Assembly (NCBI GenBank): GCA_014729085.1
Contig: WJKM01000011.1
Span: 46,264-110,263 of the forward strand
DNA: 64,000 bases
Direction: 5' to 3'
Origin: Candidatus Dojkabacteria bacterium
GTDB lineage: Bacteria > Patescibacteriota > Dojkabacteria > B142 > WJKM01
Notes under the pieces: model-generated
The model's database searches: none
Told to the model about the DNA's origin: nothing
The model's input: only the letters and a program-made list of their open reading frames with translations
Part shown: positions 46,542-56,643 of the stretch, piece by piece
How positions within the stretch are numbered: the stretch's first letter is position 1
Layout of the letters: each line of letters starts with the position of its first letter
Position numbers and translations under genes: made by a program

Positions 46542-47813
46542 CTACTTCATTGCATCAACTACCTTGCTTACCGCCAAAATATAGGCTCCCATACGCATAT
46601 CTGTATCATAACTTTCCATAGTGTCCCAAACTTTATCAAATGCAGGAACAATTTTATCTTTGAGTTTCCCTAGGACTTCTTCTTTACTCCACTCTTTTCC
46701 CTCCTTGTTTTGAACCCACTCAAAATACGAAACCGTAACACCGCCAGAATTAGCAAGTACATCCGGCACAACTAAAGTTTTCTTTCTTCTTAAAATTTCA
46801 TCTGCTTCTGGAGTAACTGGTCCATTAGCCATTTCTATTACATATTCAGCTTTTACTTTATCAGCATTATCTTCAGTAATTACATTCTCAACTGCAGCTG
46901 GAACTAAGACATTCACATCAAGCTCTATAAGTTCATTATTATTGATTTGTTTACCTCCGTTGAAACCTTCATAACTTCCTTTTTCATTTTTATAATCTAA
47001 GGCTTTTTTGACATTCAGACCATCTTTATTGTATATGGCACTTTTAGAATCACTGAGTGCTACAACTTTATAACCCTCTTGTGCTGCTAGCGTAGCAAAA
47101 TAATATCCAACATTGCCTGACCCCTGAACAGCAACAGAGGTATTTTCTGGATCTAGATTCCTTTTCTCACTTAACCTGTTCAATACATATACTCCACCTT
47201 GTCCAGTAGCTTCTGTTCTACCCTGAGAACCGCCTGCCTCAATTGGTTTTCCGGTAATGACTGCAGGTGACTCTTTACCAACTAGGTCGGAATATTCTTC
47301 CACCATCCAAGCCATAATTTCTGGAGTTGTATACATATCCGGTGCTGGTACGTCCTGATCAGGGCCTATATGTTTATGAATCTGTCTGATATAAGATCTG
47401 GATAAACGTTCAATTTCTTCTTTTGATAATTCTTTGGTGTTCACTTCTACTCCTCCTTTACCTCCTCCAAATGGGATATCAGCTACTGCACATTTCCAAG
47501 TCATCCACATAGATAAAGCTTTTACCTCAGATTCATTGACTTGAGGGCTGAAACGTATTCCCCCCTTGTATGGCCCACGAGCATCATTATGCTGAGAACG
47601 AAAGCCTTTGAAAGTCTTAACAGATCCATCATCCATCTCTACAGGCACATCAACTTTAATTAAATTATCCGGAGAAGACAACGTTTCTACAATCTCAGAT
47701 TCTAAGTTTAATATCTCTCCAACTTTCTCGAGTTGCTTTACTGCATTAGTAAATGGATCGTGTAAAGACTCTTTGTGGGATTTTTTTTCTTGATTTGGCA
47801 TTGGTACCTCCAT
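46542..47813 (-). CDS. gdhA: glutamate dehydrogenase (Glu/Leu/Phe/Val dehydrogenase family)
   Basis: 'KGGIRFSPQVNESEVKALSMWMTWKCAVADIPFGGGKGG' is the catalytic Gly-rich/Lys region. NAD(P)-binding 'VAVQGSGNVGYY'. About 420 aa. Confidence 0.9.
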   Translation of the reverse strand: MEVPMPNQEKKSHKESLHDPFTNAVKQLEKVGEILNLESEIVETLSSPDNLIKVDVPVEMDDGSVKTFKGFRSQHNDARGPYKGGIRFSPQVNESEVKALSMWMTWKCAVADIPFGGGKGGVEVNTKELSKEEIERLSRSYIRQIHKHIGPDQDVPAPDMYTTPEIMAWMVEEYSDLVGKESPAVITGKPIEAGGSQGRTEATGQGGVYVLNRLSEKRNLDPENTSVAVQGSGNVGYYFATLAAQEGYKVVALSDSKSAIYNKDGLNVKKALDYKNEKGSYEGFNGGKQINNNELIELDVNVLVPAAVENVITEDNADKVKAEYVIEMANGPVTPEADEILRRKKTLVVPDVLANSGGVTVSYFEWVQNKEGKEWSKEEVLGKLKDKIVPAFDKVWDTMESYDTDMRMGAYILAVSKVVDAMK

Positions 47814-47826
47814 AAAATTTTAATTT

Positions 47827-48090
47827 TTAAATTAACTCTACGATTTTTAAGATTTTCTCAACAAAATCTCGCTTACGTGCAGATAAAGTATACTCCTTTT
47901 TTTTACCGCATTTCACTTCATCTATAAAGCCTTCTTCTCTTAATTTTTTAACATGATAAGAAAGTAAATTTTTAGGAATTTCTAATTTCTCAATAAGTTC
48001 ACATCCACATTGCCCGTTTTCTAAGCATTTATAGAGAGCATGCAAAATCAATAATCTGTTTTTTTCAAAAAGCCACAAATTTTTTACCAT
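47827..48090 (-). CDS. ArsR/SmtB-family transcriptional regulator
   Basis: 87-aa wHTH 'CGCELIEKLEIPKNLLSYHVKKLREEGFI'. Confidence 0.65.
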   Translation of the reverse strand: MVKNLWLFEKNRLLILHALYKCLENGQCGCELIEKLEIPKNLLSYHVKKLREEGFIDEVKCGKKKEYTLSARKRDFVEKILKIVELI

Positions 48091-48198
48091 AACAAAATCA
48101 GTTCAATCTAGATTGAACTATTTTACTACTATTCTCCATATTTGTCAAAACAGCAGAAAAACTTTCTGCTGTTTACGACTTTACAATAATTTTAAAAT

Positions 48199-49089
48199 CT
48201 ACTTAATTGGAACGTAAATATCCATCTCGGATTTTTGAGGAAACTGAGGTGTGAACCTGTCATCATAGAGCTCAAAATCATCGCCTCCTGCTAATTGGTA
48301 TTCAGATTTACTGGCCCATGTACCATAAATATAGTCATAAGTTTTACTTAGGTTTGATAAAGACCCTCTATGTGTAAATACTGCATACTTTTGTTTTGGT
48401 ATTGTTCTTGTAAGCATATCTTCTGGTATATCATCAAAATTTTCCACCTCAACTGCACACATATATTCATATTCAGTATCACTTTCAAAATCCTCTACAT
48501 CAATTTCTTCATTATTCAAACAAACTCCATAAGAAACATAATGGTCAGTTCTATTTTCAATTTCTTTCATTCTGGGGATAAACTCCTGCCACATTTTAGG
48601 TATGGTTTTATTTTCTTCATTGTCCTTAAGAGTAGTCTTACACTTTATGCCTACTATCTTAAATTCATCTTTGGTGATAATTTTAGGTTTCATAGTAATC
48701 AATTTATTTAAGAAATAAGATATTTTCTCTTCATTTAATGCTTTTTTGTGCATCATAACCAGATCTTTACCTCTTACCCGATACTTTGCCGGCGTAAAAT
48801 CAAAGTAATTCCTAAATGATCTGGTAAAAGCTTCCTGTGAACTAAATTGATACTTCAACGCAATATCTATAATCCTATCGTTACTACAGACTAAATCTTT
48901 TGATGCAAGCGTTAATCTGCGTATCCGAATGTACTCACCGGGAGTTTCACCTGTAACAGCTTTAAATACGCGTAGTAAGTGATAAGGAGATAAACAAGCT
49001 ATATCTGCTATTTTATCCAGAGATAAAGGCTCGCAAAGTTTATCCTCAATGTATTTAACTGCTTTGTTTAAATTTTTCTGATAGGACAT
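48199..49089 (-). CDS. AraC-family transcriptional regulator with a GyrI-like effector-binding domain
   Basis: N-terminal AraC HTH 'LDKIADIACLSPYHLLRVFKAVTGETPGEYIRIRRL'. C-terminal half 'FKIVGIKCKT...YEYMCAVEV...YAVFTHRGS' is GyrI-like. Confidence 0.75.
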   Translation of the reverse strand: MSYQKNLNKAVKYIEDKLCEPLSLDKIADIACLSPYHLLRVFKAVTGETPGEYIRIRRLTLASKDLVCSNDRIIDIALKYQFSSQEAFTRSFRNYFDFTPAKYRVRGKDLVMMHKKALNEEKISYFLNKLITMKPKIITKDEFKIVGIKCKTTLKDNEENKTIPKMWQEFIPRMKEIENRTDHYVSYGVCLNNEEIDVEDFESDTEYEYMCAVEVENFDDIPEDMLTRTIPKQKYAVFTHRGSLSNLSKTYDYIYGTWASKSEYQLAGGDDFELYDDRFTPQFPQKSEMDIYVPIK

Positions 49090-49229
49090 AGAGATAGTAC
49101 TAAGAACTTAGTTCTTGGAACTAAAGAATTTACTTTAATGCCTAAAATTTGATCCGGAATCAAACTAACTAAGTATATTAAAATAGACAAAATTTGTTTT
49201 GATAATTCTTGCTTTTTTATTTTGAGGGT

Positions 49230-49826
49230 CTAAAAATGAATATTCAGCTTTCTAAGATCGTTTTTCAATTCTTTGATAGATTTAAAGAGAAGGGTTCCCA
49301 TTCCTAATTTTTGGGCTGTAACCAAGACTTCCTCCTGATCGTCAATAAATAAAAGCTGAGAAGCTGGCAGATTGATTTTTTCAAGAAGAATTTGATAAAT
49401 TTCTTTTTCAGGCTTTAGAAAACCTTCCTCATGGGATAAGACAATTGGATTGAAATACGAGTACCATCCTTTTTCATGATATTTTTTAGAATTTACTGGA
49501 TCAGAATTAGAAAGTACTGCAAGCTGATAATTTCTCTTAAGACTTTCAACCAAATCAATCATTTCATCTGTCGGCTTCCAGGTATTAGTCCAAAGATCGA
49601 TTAACTTACTCATTTCTTCATTATTTATCGGAACTTGAAAAAACTTACGGAAGCATTCTTCAATCTCTATTCTTCCTCTATTATAATCAGTATCAAATAC
49701 AACCTCCGAACCCTTCTTAAAACTTTTCGGAATCTGAAGTAGTGTATAAGCTTTATTTACGAAATCTATGAAACTCCCCTGCATGAATGTGCCACCAATA
49801 TCAAAAACAATTACCTCAATCATCAA
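49230..49826 (-). CDS. HAD-superfamily hydrolase
   Basis: Motif I 'VIVFDIGGT', motif II 'AVLSNS', motif IV 'LFIDDQEE'. Confidence 0.65.
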   Translation of the reverse strand: MMIEVIVFDIGGTFMQGSFIDFVNKAYTLLQIPKSFKKGSEVVFDTDYNRGRIEIEECFRKFFQVPINNEEMSKLIDLWTNTWKPTDEMIDLVESLKRNYQLAVLSNSDPVNSKKYHEKGWYSYFNPIVLSHEEGFLKPEKEIYQILLEKINLPASQLLFIDDQEEVLVTAQKLGMGTLLFKSIKELKNDLRKLNIHF

Positions 49827-49919
49827 GAAATATGAGTAACATGTAATAACATATTATAAACAAAAAAGATGGTAATTTTTATACCATCTTTATGAGAATT
49901 TTTGAATACTTGAAAACTA

Positions 49920-50516
49920 TTATTTTTCCTCGGAGTCATCATCAGTTGTCTCCTTTATTTCCGCAATATCCTCCTCGAAAACAGCCTTGATAACCTCATT
50001 TTCTTCCAAGGTCACTTTAATATCTTGCTTTTTATCTCCTACAATCATTACAAGATCAACCTCCCAACAACCAGGGCATCTAAGCTGAATAATATCTTGA
50101 TATTGGAGATCTGCTTCGGTAAAACCAATAAATTCTTCCATATTAAATACATATTCTTTGGCTTTATCTACTATTTGTTGTTTTTCAACATCCAATTCAG
50201 CAAGCGAACCTTCCTGAGCTTTCGGGCATTCTTCTTGCTTTGGGTCAAAACATTTTTCTGTAGAGGCACACCATACGAAACCTTTAGCAATAAGACACCC
50301 GTGTTCATCCTGCTCCTCACTAGGCGGTTTTTCCTCAGCTACTTCAGTTTCCTCAATTAAATTTTCTGCTGTATCCTCGGGTTCGGGTTCTTTTGGGTTA
50401 AAATATGCTAACAACAAAAAACCTCCAACAATAAATACAAATATTAAAATAATAAACAAGGGAAGATTCGTCGTTTCCGGCTCTGCAGAATTACTATCAT
50501 CTTTTTTAACGTTCAT
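49920..50516 (-). CDS. secreted/membrane-anchored acidic Cys-containing hypothetical protein
   Basis: 198-aa ORF. TM 'LFIILIFVFIVGGFLLLAYF' followed by an acidic domain with 6 Cys. Confidence 0.45.
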   Translation of the reverse strand: MNVKKDDSNSAEPETTNLPLFIILIFVFIVGGFLLLAYFNPKEPEPEDTAENLIEETEVAEEKPPSEEQDEHGCLIAKGFVWCASTEKCFDPKQEECPKAQEGSLAELDVEKQQIVDKAKEYVFNMEEFIGFTEADLQYQDIIQLRCPGCWEVDLVMIVGDKKQDIKVTLEENEVIKAVFEEDIAEIKETTDDDSEEK

Positions 50517-50611
50517 CTAAAATAAATAATAAATAAAAATTTTAAATTGCTCACTGATTATATTCCAAGAAGAGAGTTGAATCAATTAAAGAAAAGTAGT
50601 CTACTTAAATC

Positions 50612-50860
50612 CTAATTTATTATTACACTTTCTGTCATAAAACCTTGATTATAACGCCTTAAAACTTCGGCATCTTCTGGACCTCTCGCGTTTAGTAAAT
50701 CCGGCATAACAGCACATCTTCCAAGACCATAGGGTAACCAATTTAAAGCTGCTTGTCTACCAAGTTCAAATGCATGCTTACGCGGGTCTCCACTTTGAAA
50801 ATCTAAAAATTCAAGGACTTTCCTTTGGCTTGGATCGTTTACTCCAATTAATTCTTCCAT
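50612..50860 (-). CDS. hypothetical small protein
   Basis: 82-aa ORF with no motif recognised. Confidence 0.4.
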   Translation of the reverse strand: MEELIGVNDPSQRKVLEFLDFQSGDPRKHAFELGRQAALNWLPYGLGRCAVMPDLLNARGPEDAEVLRRYNQGFMTESVIIN

Positions 50861-51013
50861 AATTATGGATAAATAATATTAATCAAACCGATTATATCAC
50901 ATATATTTAACAGATTTCCCTAGAGTTTTAAAAATAATCTTTCTTATCTATCTGCAGTGGGCGTTCTAAAGCTTATTTCTCGGAAATATTCTATTTCTAT
51001 AATTAGGACTATT

Positions 51014-51047
51014 AAGCAGGAGCGGGTTTTGAAACCCGCTCCTGCTT
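51014..51047. terminator. strong GC-rich 15-bp perfect hairpin (likely terminator of the alpha-2-macroglobulin-like gene)
   Basis: AAGCAGGAGCGGGTT-TTGA-AACCCGCTCCTGCTT lies 35 nt beyond the stop of the 51082-56643 gene. The flanking U-tract is weak. Confidence 0.5.
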
Positions 51048-51081
51048 TAATTCAAACAATAGTTGAATAATTCATTTGTAT

Positions 51082-54000
51082 CTATTCAATAACAATCTCT
51101 TGTGACTTATCCAAATAATTTACCATAGTGGGATCATCCATAGATTGAATGATAGGTGTTTCTGCCTTGAAAGTTCCCTTTGAAACAACTCTTGCATAGT
51201 ACTCAATTGTCTTATATCTGGAGTTTTTATACACACAGAAACTACTTCTCTGTCCCTCTATCGAATATGGGTGCTTGTAAGAGTACATCTCTTCGTAATG
51301 ATAACCTCTTTTATAAGGACTGCTTACTGCCTTTAATCCGGCAGGTAGTATATCGCTTACTTGATAACACTTACCCTTTGGTGCATTCCCACCAATATCA
51401 AATTTTATCTCAACTCTAACCAAATCAGTATCCTTAAATGTTGTACTTTCCACCCCGCCGATTGTATACTTCCTTGTTAAGGAAAGATCTTCATCCTTTG
51501 GTAAAATTTCTGGATTGACTGCTTTGTCAAATGTTGAAATTATCCCTAAGTTTCCATCAACAGAATTAAATTTGAATTTCTTCAACTCAGAAGGAGATAA
51601 CTGAACTTTATAAACCTCACCTTTTTCCAACTCTATCTTCTCATTTTTGCTCCCAGCTTCATATTCGAATGTTACAGGGGCTTTTGGCAACAATGGTAGT
51701 ACTGCCTGCAAATATCTTGCCTCCTCCAATCCGGTAAGATTATATTTAGAATTATGAGTGTCTATGTATTCATAAAGATCCTCTCCTTCTTCTTCATTTA
51801 AGATTCCTGCAAGCATGGTGACCAGAGCTGTTATTTCTACATTCTCATTTTGATCATCGCTGACCTTAATAAGAATTGAACCTTCCGAATTTGTTCTATA
51901 CTCTTGAATGATGTCTTTATATACATCTCTTGCATACTCTTTATTACCAATTTCTGCGGATGCAAGTGCAAGATATATTTCTTCCTTGACGCTTAAATCA
52001 TTCTGTTGCTTAAGCATCTTAATATAAGTCAAAACCGGTTCTTTTAGAGCGGCCAATCCATAAACGGCTTGTATACCTCTTTCCCGTCCTTCTTCTTTAT
52101 TATCCAAAATTGAGTAAAAATAATCTGCTAGAGCCAGCTGATCAAATTTTTCACTAGCAATCGCAGCTACTTTTGCAGACAATTCTAAATCTTTGTCACT
52201 GTATGGGAATAGAGAAATCCCCCCACTCTCGGTTTGATAGTTTTCCGGTCTCCAATACTCTTCCGAAAATTCTTCTACATCAAAATGTTCTTCAAACATT
52301 TCTTTGGATAAAAGCCTTACTATCTTTTGATCAACCCTATCTCCCCAGGTAAACTGCAAATACAATACATCATCATAATATTTGCCACGATTTTCATCTA
52401 AGAAGGTAAGAGTCGTCGGAGAATCTTTACTCCCTTCCAGTTTTGTATCCGGAGAATATTCATAAAAATTAACCTCTTGAATTTTCAAGAATGATGACTT
52501 TATATTGATCTCTTTTTGTATCTTATCCTCATAATCTCCTACTTTTGCTCCTACTATTATTTTGTGAGTTCCCTGCTTCAATTCGTTTAATTCGAACTCT
52601 ATAGATTCGAAAGCTTTAGCCTTAACTTTCTTTCCTTCAATACCTAGGGTCTTTGCTTCGATAGTATACTCAACATCCCAATCCGACTTTAGTTCGTCCC
52701 CATAAGCTCTTGCCTTGATTATTGGTTTATCGCCTTCTAGGTATACATCGTTCATAACCAAGTCAACAAAAAACGGTAAGGAAACATCCACATTTGTTTC
52801 GTTATCTCCTGCATATAGGTCCGGAGATATTGCCTGCGATGTAACATGCCATGATGTGATATTGTCCGGTGCTACAAACTCGACACTTCCCTTTCCACTT
52901 TCGTCTGTTTTCACTGTTGTAAATAAAGCTGTATCCACAAACCATTGCCGGGCTTCTTTGTTATGTACAAAAATTCCGTCTGCAAAGTAGGTGTGGTATT
53001 CATCAATTTCTAAATTATAAATATCGAAATCTCCTGTCCTACTCTCAATAGTCTCTATTTCTACCCATTCATTCTTATCATTTAACATAAAATCTCCAGC
53101 TCTTATATCTCTTGCCTGCTTCCATTGACCATTTATATACATAAAATGAATTGGAGTTACTCGCAACTTTCTATTAATATAAAGATACTCTTCTCCTTTA
53201 TGATGCATTGTTTCTAACACCTTAGCTTCCACGAAATTACTCGACTCCTCACTCTCTTTAGTGAGTACAATATCCCCAATTTCTACATCTTCAATATTTT
53301 TCAACTTAAAACCTTTCATTAAAATTTTTGTCCCAGGAAGAAAACATGTATCGCCTTTACCACCAGCAGCAGGCTCTGGCATTATGTGAGATCCGTACGT
53401 TTGCAGTATCCCGGAAGTAACATTTTTGTATAAAGAATTTAATGGATAAGGCTTTTTATCCATCAGTTGAAACATTGCTTCATCAATAATGCTGAAATTC
53501 ACATCACTCTTTTTTCCCTTCCCGCTTTGATCTTTCACACTGACATCAATTTTAATCTCGTCTCTTGGTTTGTAATTTGTCTTTTCAGGGGTTAGTTTAA
53601 TATCGAGCTCCCTTTCGTTCTGATAATAATCAATATTATAATTTCCAGTTTCCTTGAATGTCTGTCCGTCAAAATAAACTCCTTTTATGAAAATATTTGG
53701 TATATGTTCCTTTTTAAACGTCATGGAGAATCTTGAATTATCTTGAACTTTATATTCATCTATACCCTGTTGAGCATATAGGTAAAGAAATGAGGTGTTC
53801 TCCCCAGAAGGAATTTGCTCAGCATTATTCATGAACGCCATATCCACTCTTTCATTTAGTTTATAACCCGAACCATTCTCTCTATCTTTTTTGGATGTAA
53901 CTTCTAAATAATAATGATCTCTTGACTCGTAATCAAATGACCTACCATAAATATAGCTCCTTTTTTCCATTCCATGTCCATCTACATCAGTTGTCCAAAA

Positions 54001-56643
54001 GTCGATATAATAATATTTATCCTCAGTAGTATCGAATTCGAATATAGCTTCTCCCTTTGCATTAGTAGTTATAACGCTTTCGCCTAAAGCCCGGCTTCTT
54101 CTTTTATAATCATATTTCTTACGATTTACTTTATCAATATAATCATAATACTCACCAACCTCTATTCTTTCATACCATTCTTCAGTTAGATTGACTTTTA
54201 TTTCTTTATTCACAATAGGATCTGCAAGATAATCCTCTGTATTCTTTGCAGTACCATTATTGAGTCTCTCTAAAGTAATTTTATTCAATTTTACTGTAGC
54301 TTTCCTTTTATTTTTTGCTGTTCTTTCTGTTTCAACTTTCATATTAGTCCGAAAATTAAATACTCTGACATGCTTTGTACCTTCTATTTCTCCTTCTTCG
54401 GAACGCTTTGGGTGCACATAAACAGAAGAATGTTGAGGATATATATGATCCTCCATTCCTCTTGGCTGCTTATAACTAATAGCGAATTTACCATCCTCAC
54501 TTGACGTAACTTCGCCATCAGGCGCATCGTAAATTGTATATTCTAAAGGAATATTCGCTACAGGAGTTCCTTCAAAGAACTCAGTTTTCCCATCAATCTT
54601 AATTTCTTCATCCCAGAAATAAGCTTCCTTGTTAGAATCAAGAGAGATTTTATATGCTGGTTTTGTGTAAGTCTCCACCCTGAAACCGTCTTCAATAATT
54701 AACTGTTCATTTTCATCATATATCGAAATAGTGTAATATCCTGTCTGGAGATTCATCAGAGGAACCTGGTCTGTAAAAGTACCATTCTCACTAACCTCAA
54801 TGCGTTTAGAATAAATACTAACAGGATTATAGTAATAATCAAAGTAACCCGATTTTGTTACTTTGACTGTTAATTCGGTATTATCCGAACCATACCTCTT
54901 TTTAGCAAGTCCCCAAAAGCTAACCGTATCCGTAGGTTTATATAAATCCCTGTCTGTATATACATATGACCAATAATCCTGAGACTCATTTCCATAATAG
55001 TAATAATCTTCATCATAATAATAATTGTACCCTCCATAGTATCCATAATATGAATCTGTCGTTGGTATAACTACCTGTCCTGCCTCCCCCTTAATTTTAA
55101 ATACATAGGATCTATAAGTGTCTTTTAATTCTTTAGGTGTATCGAACTCAGCTATTCCCTGCTCATTTGTTTTATGAACACTTGATCCAGACATTTGCAG
55201 TTGGATTGTCGCATTTGAATCAGGCTTTTTAGTTTGATGATTCATTATCCATGCAATACTCTTTTTCTCAGATGTGGTTAAAAATACGGTTGTATCAGTT
55301 ACCTGAAACCATGCCTGAATTTTCTCCCCTTCTGCATAATGAGCATCTATTAAATAAAACCCCCCTGGAAGAACATCGGGTAGTACTATGTATCCAGTAG
55401 ATCCTTCATTTGAATACTGAATCGGAACTTCAGCAGTCAAGACTTTCTCTAAACTGCTTATGTCTTGCATATAGGTCGCTTTAGTATTATATGCCCACAC
55501 AGGTACTTGTAATTTTTCATTTAATGTATTTGCATATTGCTCAATGTCTTTAAATTGGAATACATCGACTAGTATTGTATTTTGATTTCTTTCACCCCAA
55601 TATGTGAAGGTAGGTTTTCTTGTAGTTGGAAATTCAAAGCTGTCTTTTCTGAAACTTGGCCTTGATGCCCTTTCAATTTTAGTTTCAAATTGGAAAGTAT
55701 AATCTTCTTCAAGTTTTTCATCTGTTTCATTCAGCTTAAGTCCTTTTTTGATCCTCACAGTATATAATTGTCCTGCTTGAAAGCCTCCATTTGGAACAAA
55801 TACAGCTGTTCGCCTTGCTCTTTCAAATCTTCCAGAAACTGAAGGTGAAATTTCGAAATAAGGTTGTATATCTTCGAAATTCTCATGGCTGAAGGTAATT
55901 TCTACCCCCGAATTTGCCGGTGCCGAACTCGACTTGTCAGCAGGATGCGTCTGAATAATTCTAAATGGATTTTTAACTTGAAACGCCCAAGACAAATCTT
56001 TTTTAGTCTCTTCGTCTTCTGGGTCTTCTATAATTGCAATATCTAAATTGTTTACAGAGTTTACCTTCAATTCTTCTTTCATAGAAACCTTGAAAATATT
56101 ATCTTCCACTTTGGTAACAGTATAATCAGTTTCTGGAATTACCATTAAACTATCTTCAAGATCATTTTGTTCTATTTCCTTCTCGGTCTCAATAATGAAA
56201 TCTGAATCTTTTTCAATACCTGTTGGGTCCTCCTCCGTGGCTTTTACATTTATTTCCGAAGGCGATATATGTAATCTTGGCCTTTCCTCCTGTTCCTGGG
56301 ATTCCGGTTTAGGGGAAGTCCGTTCTACCTTAAAATAACTCCATCCAAGTATTATTAATATAAACCCGATCAAGCCTAAGACTAAAAAGATTCCAATCCC
56401 AAAAACAACTTTTTTTTGTTCTTTTATCTTTGTCAATAAGCTAGATTTCTTTTTAATTTTTTGTACATCCTGACTTTCCGTCGATTCATTTTTTTTATTT
56501 ACGGAACTATTTGATTCAACCTCCTGTTCCTGGCTTTGTTTTTTCATTTGAGTATTAAAAAAGGTTAGATATATCTTTATTGTATTTTGTATTAGCAATA
56601 GTATCAAGTTAATATTGCGCCTTTCTATATCTAAGACGCACAT
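51082..56643 (-). CDS. membrane-anchored alpha-2-macroglobulin-family protein lacking a thioester motif, with an inserted Hint/BIL domain
   Basis: 1853-aa ORF; the probable start is the 'MKKQSQEQ' Met at about 56547. TM anchor 'VVFGIGIFLVLGLIGFILIILGW' and long beta-rich MG-like repeats. 'IIDEAMFQL' (cf. A2M 'VDEAVLxL' preceding the bait region), 'ITSWHVTSQ' (cf. 'FPETWLW') and C-terminal 'DILPAGLK...YYARVVSKGTF' (cf. A2M receptor-binding 'DPLPAGFE...YxARAVTPG'). No C-x-E-Q. Confidence 0.8.
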   Translation of the reverse strand: MCVLDIERRNINLILLLIQNTIKIYLTFFNTQMKKQSQEQEVESNSSVNKKNESTESQDVQKIKKKSSLLTKIKEQKKVVFGIGIFLVLGLIGFILIILGWSYFKVERTSPKPESQEQEERPRLHISPSEINVKATEEDPTGIEKDSDFIIETEKEIEQNDLEDSLMVIPETDYTVTKVEDNIFKVSMKEELKVNSVNNLDIAIIEDPEDEETKKDLSWAFQVKNPFRIIQTHPADKSSSAPANSGVEITFSHENFEDIQPYFEISPSVSGRFERARRTAVFVPNGGFQAGQLYTVRIKKGLKLNETDEKLEEDYTFQFETKIERASRPSFRKDSFEFPTTRKPTFTYWGERNQNTILVDVFQFKDIEQYANTLNEKLQVPVWAYNTKATYMQDISSLEKVLTAEVPIQYSNEGSTGYIVLPDVLPGGFYLIDAHYAEGEKIQAWFQVTDTTVFLTTSEKKSIAWIMNHQTKKPDSNATIQLQMSGSSVHKTNEQGIAEFDTPKELKDTYRSYVFKIKGEAGQVVIPTTDSYYGYYGGYNYYYDEDYYYYGNESQDYWSYVYTDRDLYKPTDTVSFWGLAKKRYGSDNTELTVKVTKSGYFDYYYNPVSIYSKRIEVSENGTFTDQVPLMNLQTGYYTISIYDENEQLIIEDGFRVETYTKPAYKISLDSNKEAYFWDEEIKIDGKTEFFEGTPVANIPLEYTIYDAPDGEVTSSEDGKFAISYKQPRGMEDHIYPQHSSVYVHPKRSEEGEIEGTKHVRVFNFRTNMKVETERTAKNKRKATVKLNKITLERLNNGTAKNTEDYLADPIVNKEIKVNLTEEWYERIEVGEYYDYIDKVNRKKYDYKRRSRALGESVITTNAKGEAIFEFDTTEDKYYYIDFWTTDVDGHGMEKRSYIYGRSFDYESRDHYYLEVTSKKDRENGSGYKLNERVDMAFMNNAEQIPSGENTSFLYLYAQQGIDEYKVQDNSRFSMTFKKEHIPNIFIKGVYFDGQTFKETGNYNIDYYQNERELDIKLTPEKTNYKPRDEIKIDVSVKDQSGKGKKSDVNFSIIDEAMFQLMDKKPYPLNSLYKNVTSGILQTYGSHIMPEPAAGGKGDTCFLPGTKILMKGFKLKNIEDVEIGDIVLTKESEESSNFVEAKVLETMHHKGEEYLYINRKLRVTPIHFMYINGQWKQARDIRAGDFMLNDKNEWVEIETIESRTGDFDIYNLEIDEYHTYFADGIFVHNKEARQWFVDTALFTTVKTDESGKGSVEFVAPDNITSWHVTSQAISPDLYAGDNETNVDVSLPFFVDLVMNDVYLEGDKPIIKARAYGDELKSDWDVEYTIEAKTLGIEGKKVKAKAFESIEFELNELKQGTHKIIVGAKVGDYEDKIQKEINIKSSFLKIQEVNFYEYSPDTKLEGSKDSPTTLTFLDENRGKYYDDVLYLQFTWGDRVDQKIVRLLSKEMFEEHFDVEEFSEEYWRPENYQTESGGISLFPYSDKDLELSAKVAAIASEKFDQLALADYFYSILDNKEEGRERGIQAVYGLAALKEPVLTYIKMLKQQNDLSVKEEIYLALASAEIGNKEYARDVYKDIIQEYRTNSEGSILIKVSDDQNENVEITALVTMLAGILNEEEGEDLYEYIDTHNSKYNLTGLEEARYLQAVLPLLPKAPVTFEYEAGSKNEKIELEKGEVYKVQLSPSELKKFKFNSVDGNLGIISTFDKAVNPEILPKDEDLSLTRKYTIGGVESTTFKDTDLVRVEIKFDIGGNAPKGKCYQVSDILPAGLKAVSSPYKRGYHYEEMYSYKHPYSIEGQRSSFCVYKNSRYKTIEYYARVVSKGTFKAETPIIQSMDDPTMVNYLDKSQEIVIE
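52960..53346 (-). other. Hint (intein-like, BIL-type) domain inserted in the alpha-2-macroglobulin-like protein
   Basis: 129 aa. Block A 'CFLPGTKIL', block B 'VTPIHFMY' (TxxH), block F/G 'YHTYFADGIFVHN'. It is followed by Lys rather than C/S/T. No homing-endonuclease insert. Confidence 0.7.

Noticed and set aside
52960-53346. Hint domain as a canonical self-splicing (mini-)intein
   Set aside because: The residue following the terminal Asn is Lys, not Cys/Ser/Thr. The flanking sequences are not a conserved extein site of a housekeeping enzyme. BIL-type Hint domain is the better description.
51082-56643. Thioester (CxEQ / GCGEQ) motif in the alpha-2-macroglobulin-like protein
   Set aside because: I scanned the translated sequence, in particular the expected region about 100 aa after 'TSWHVTSQ', and found no C-x-E-Q. 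The position reads 'SGGISLFPYS'.
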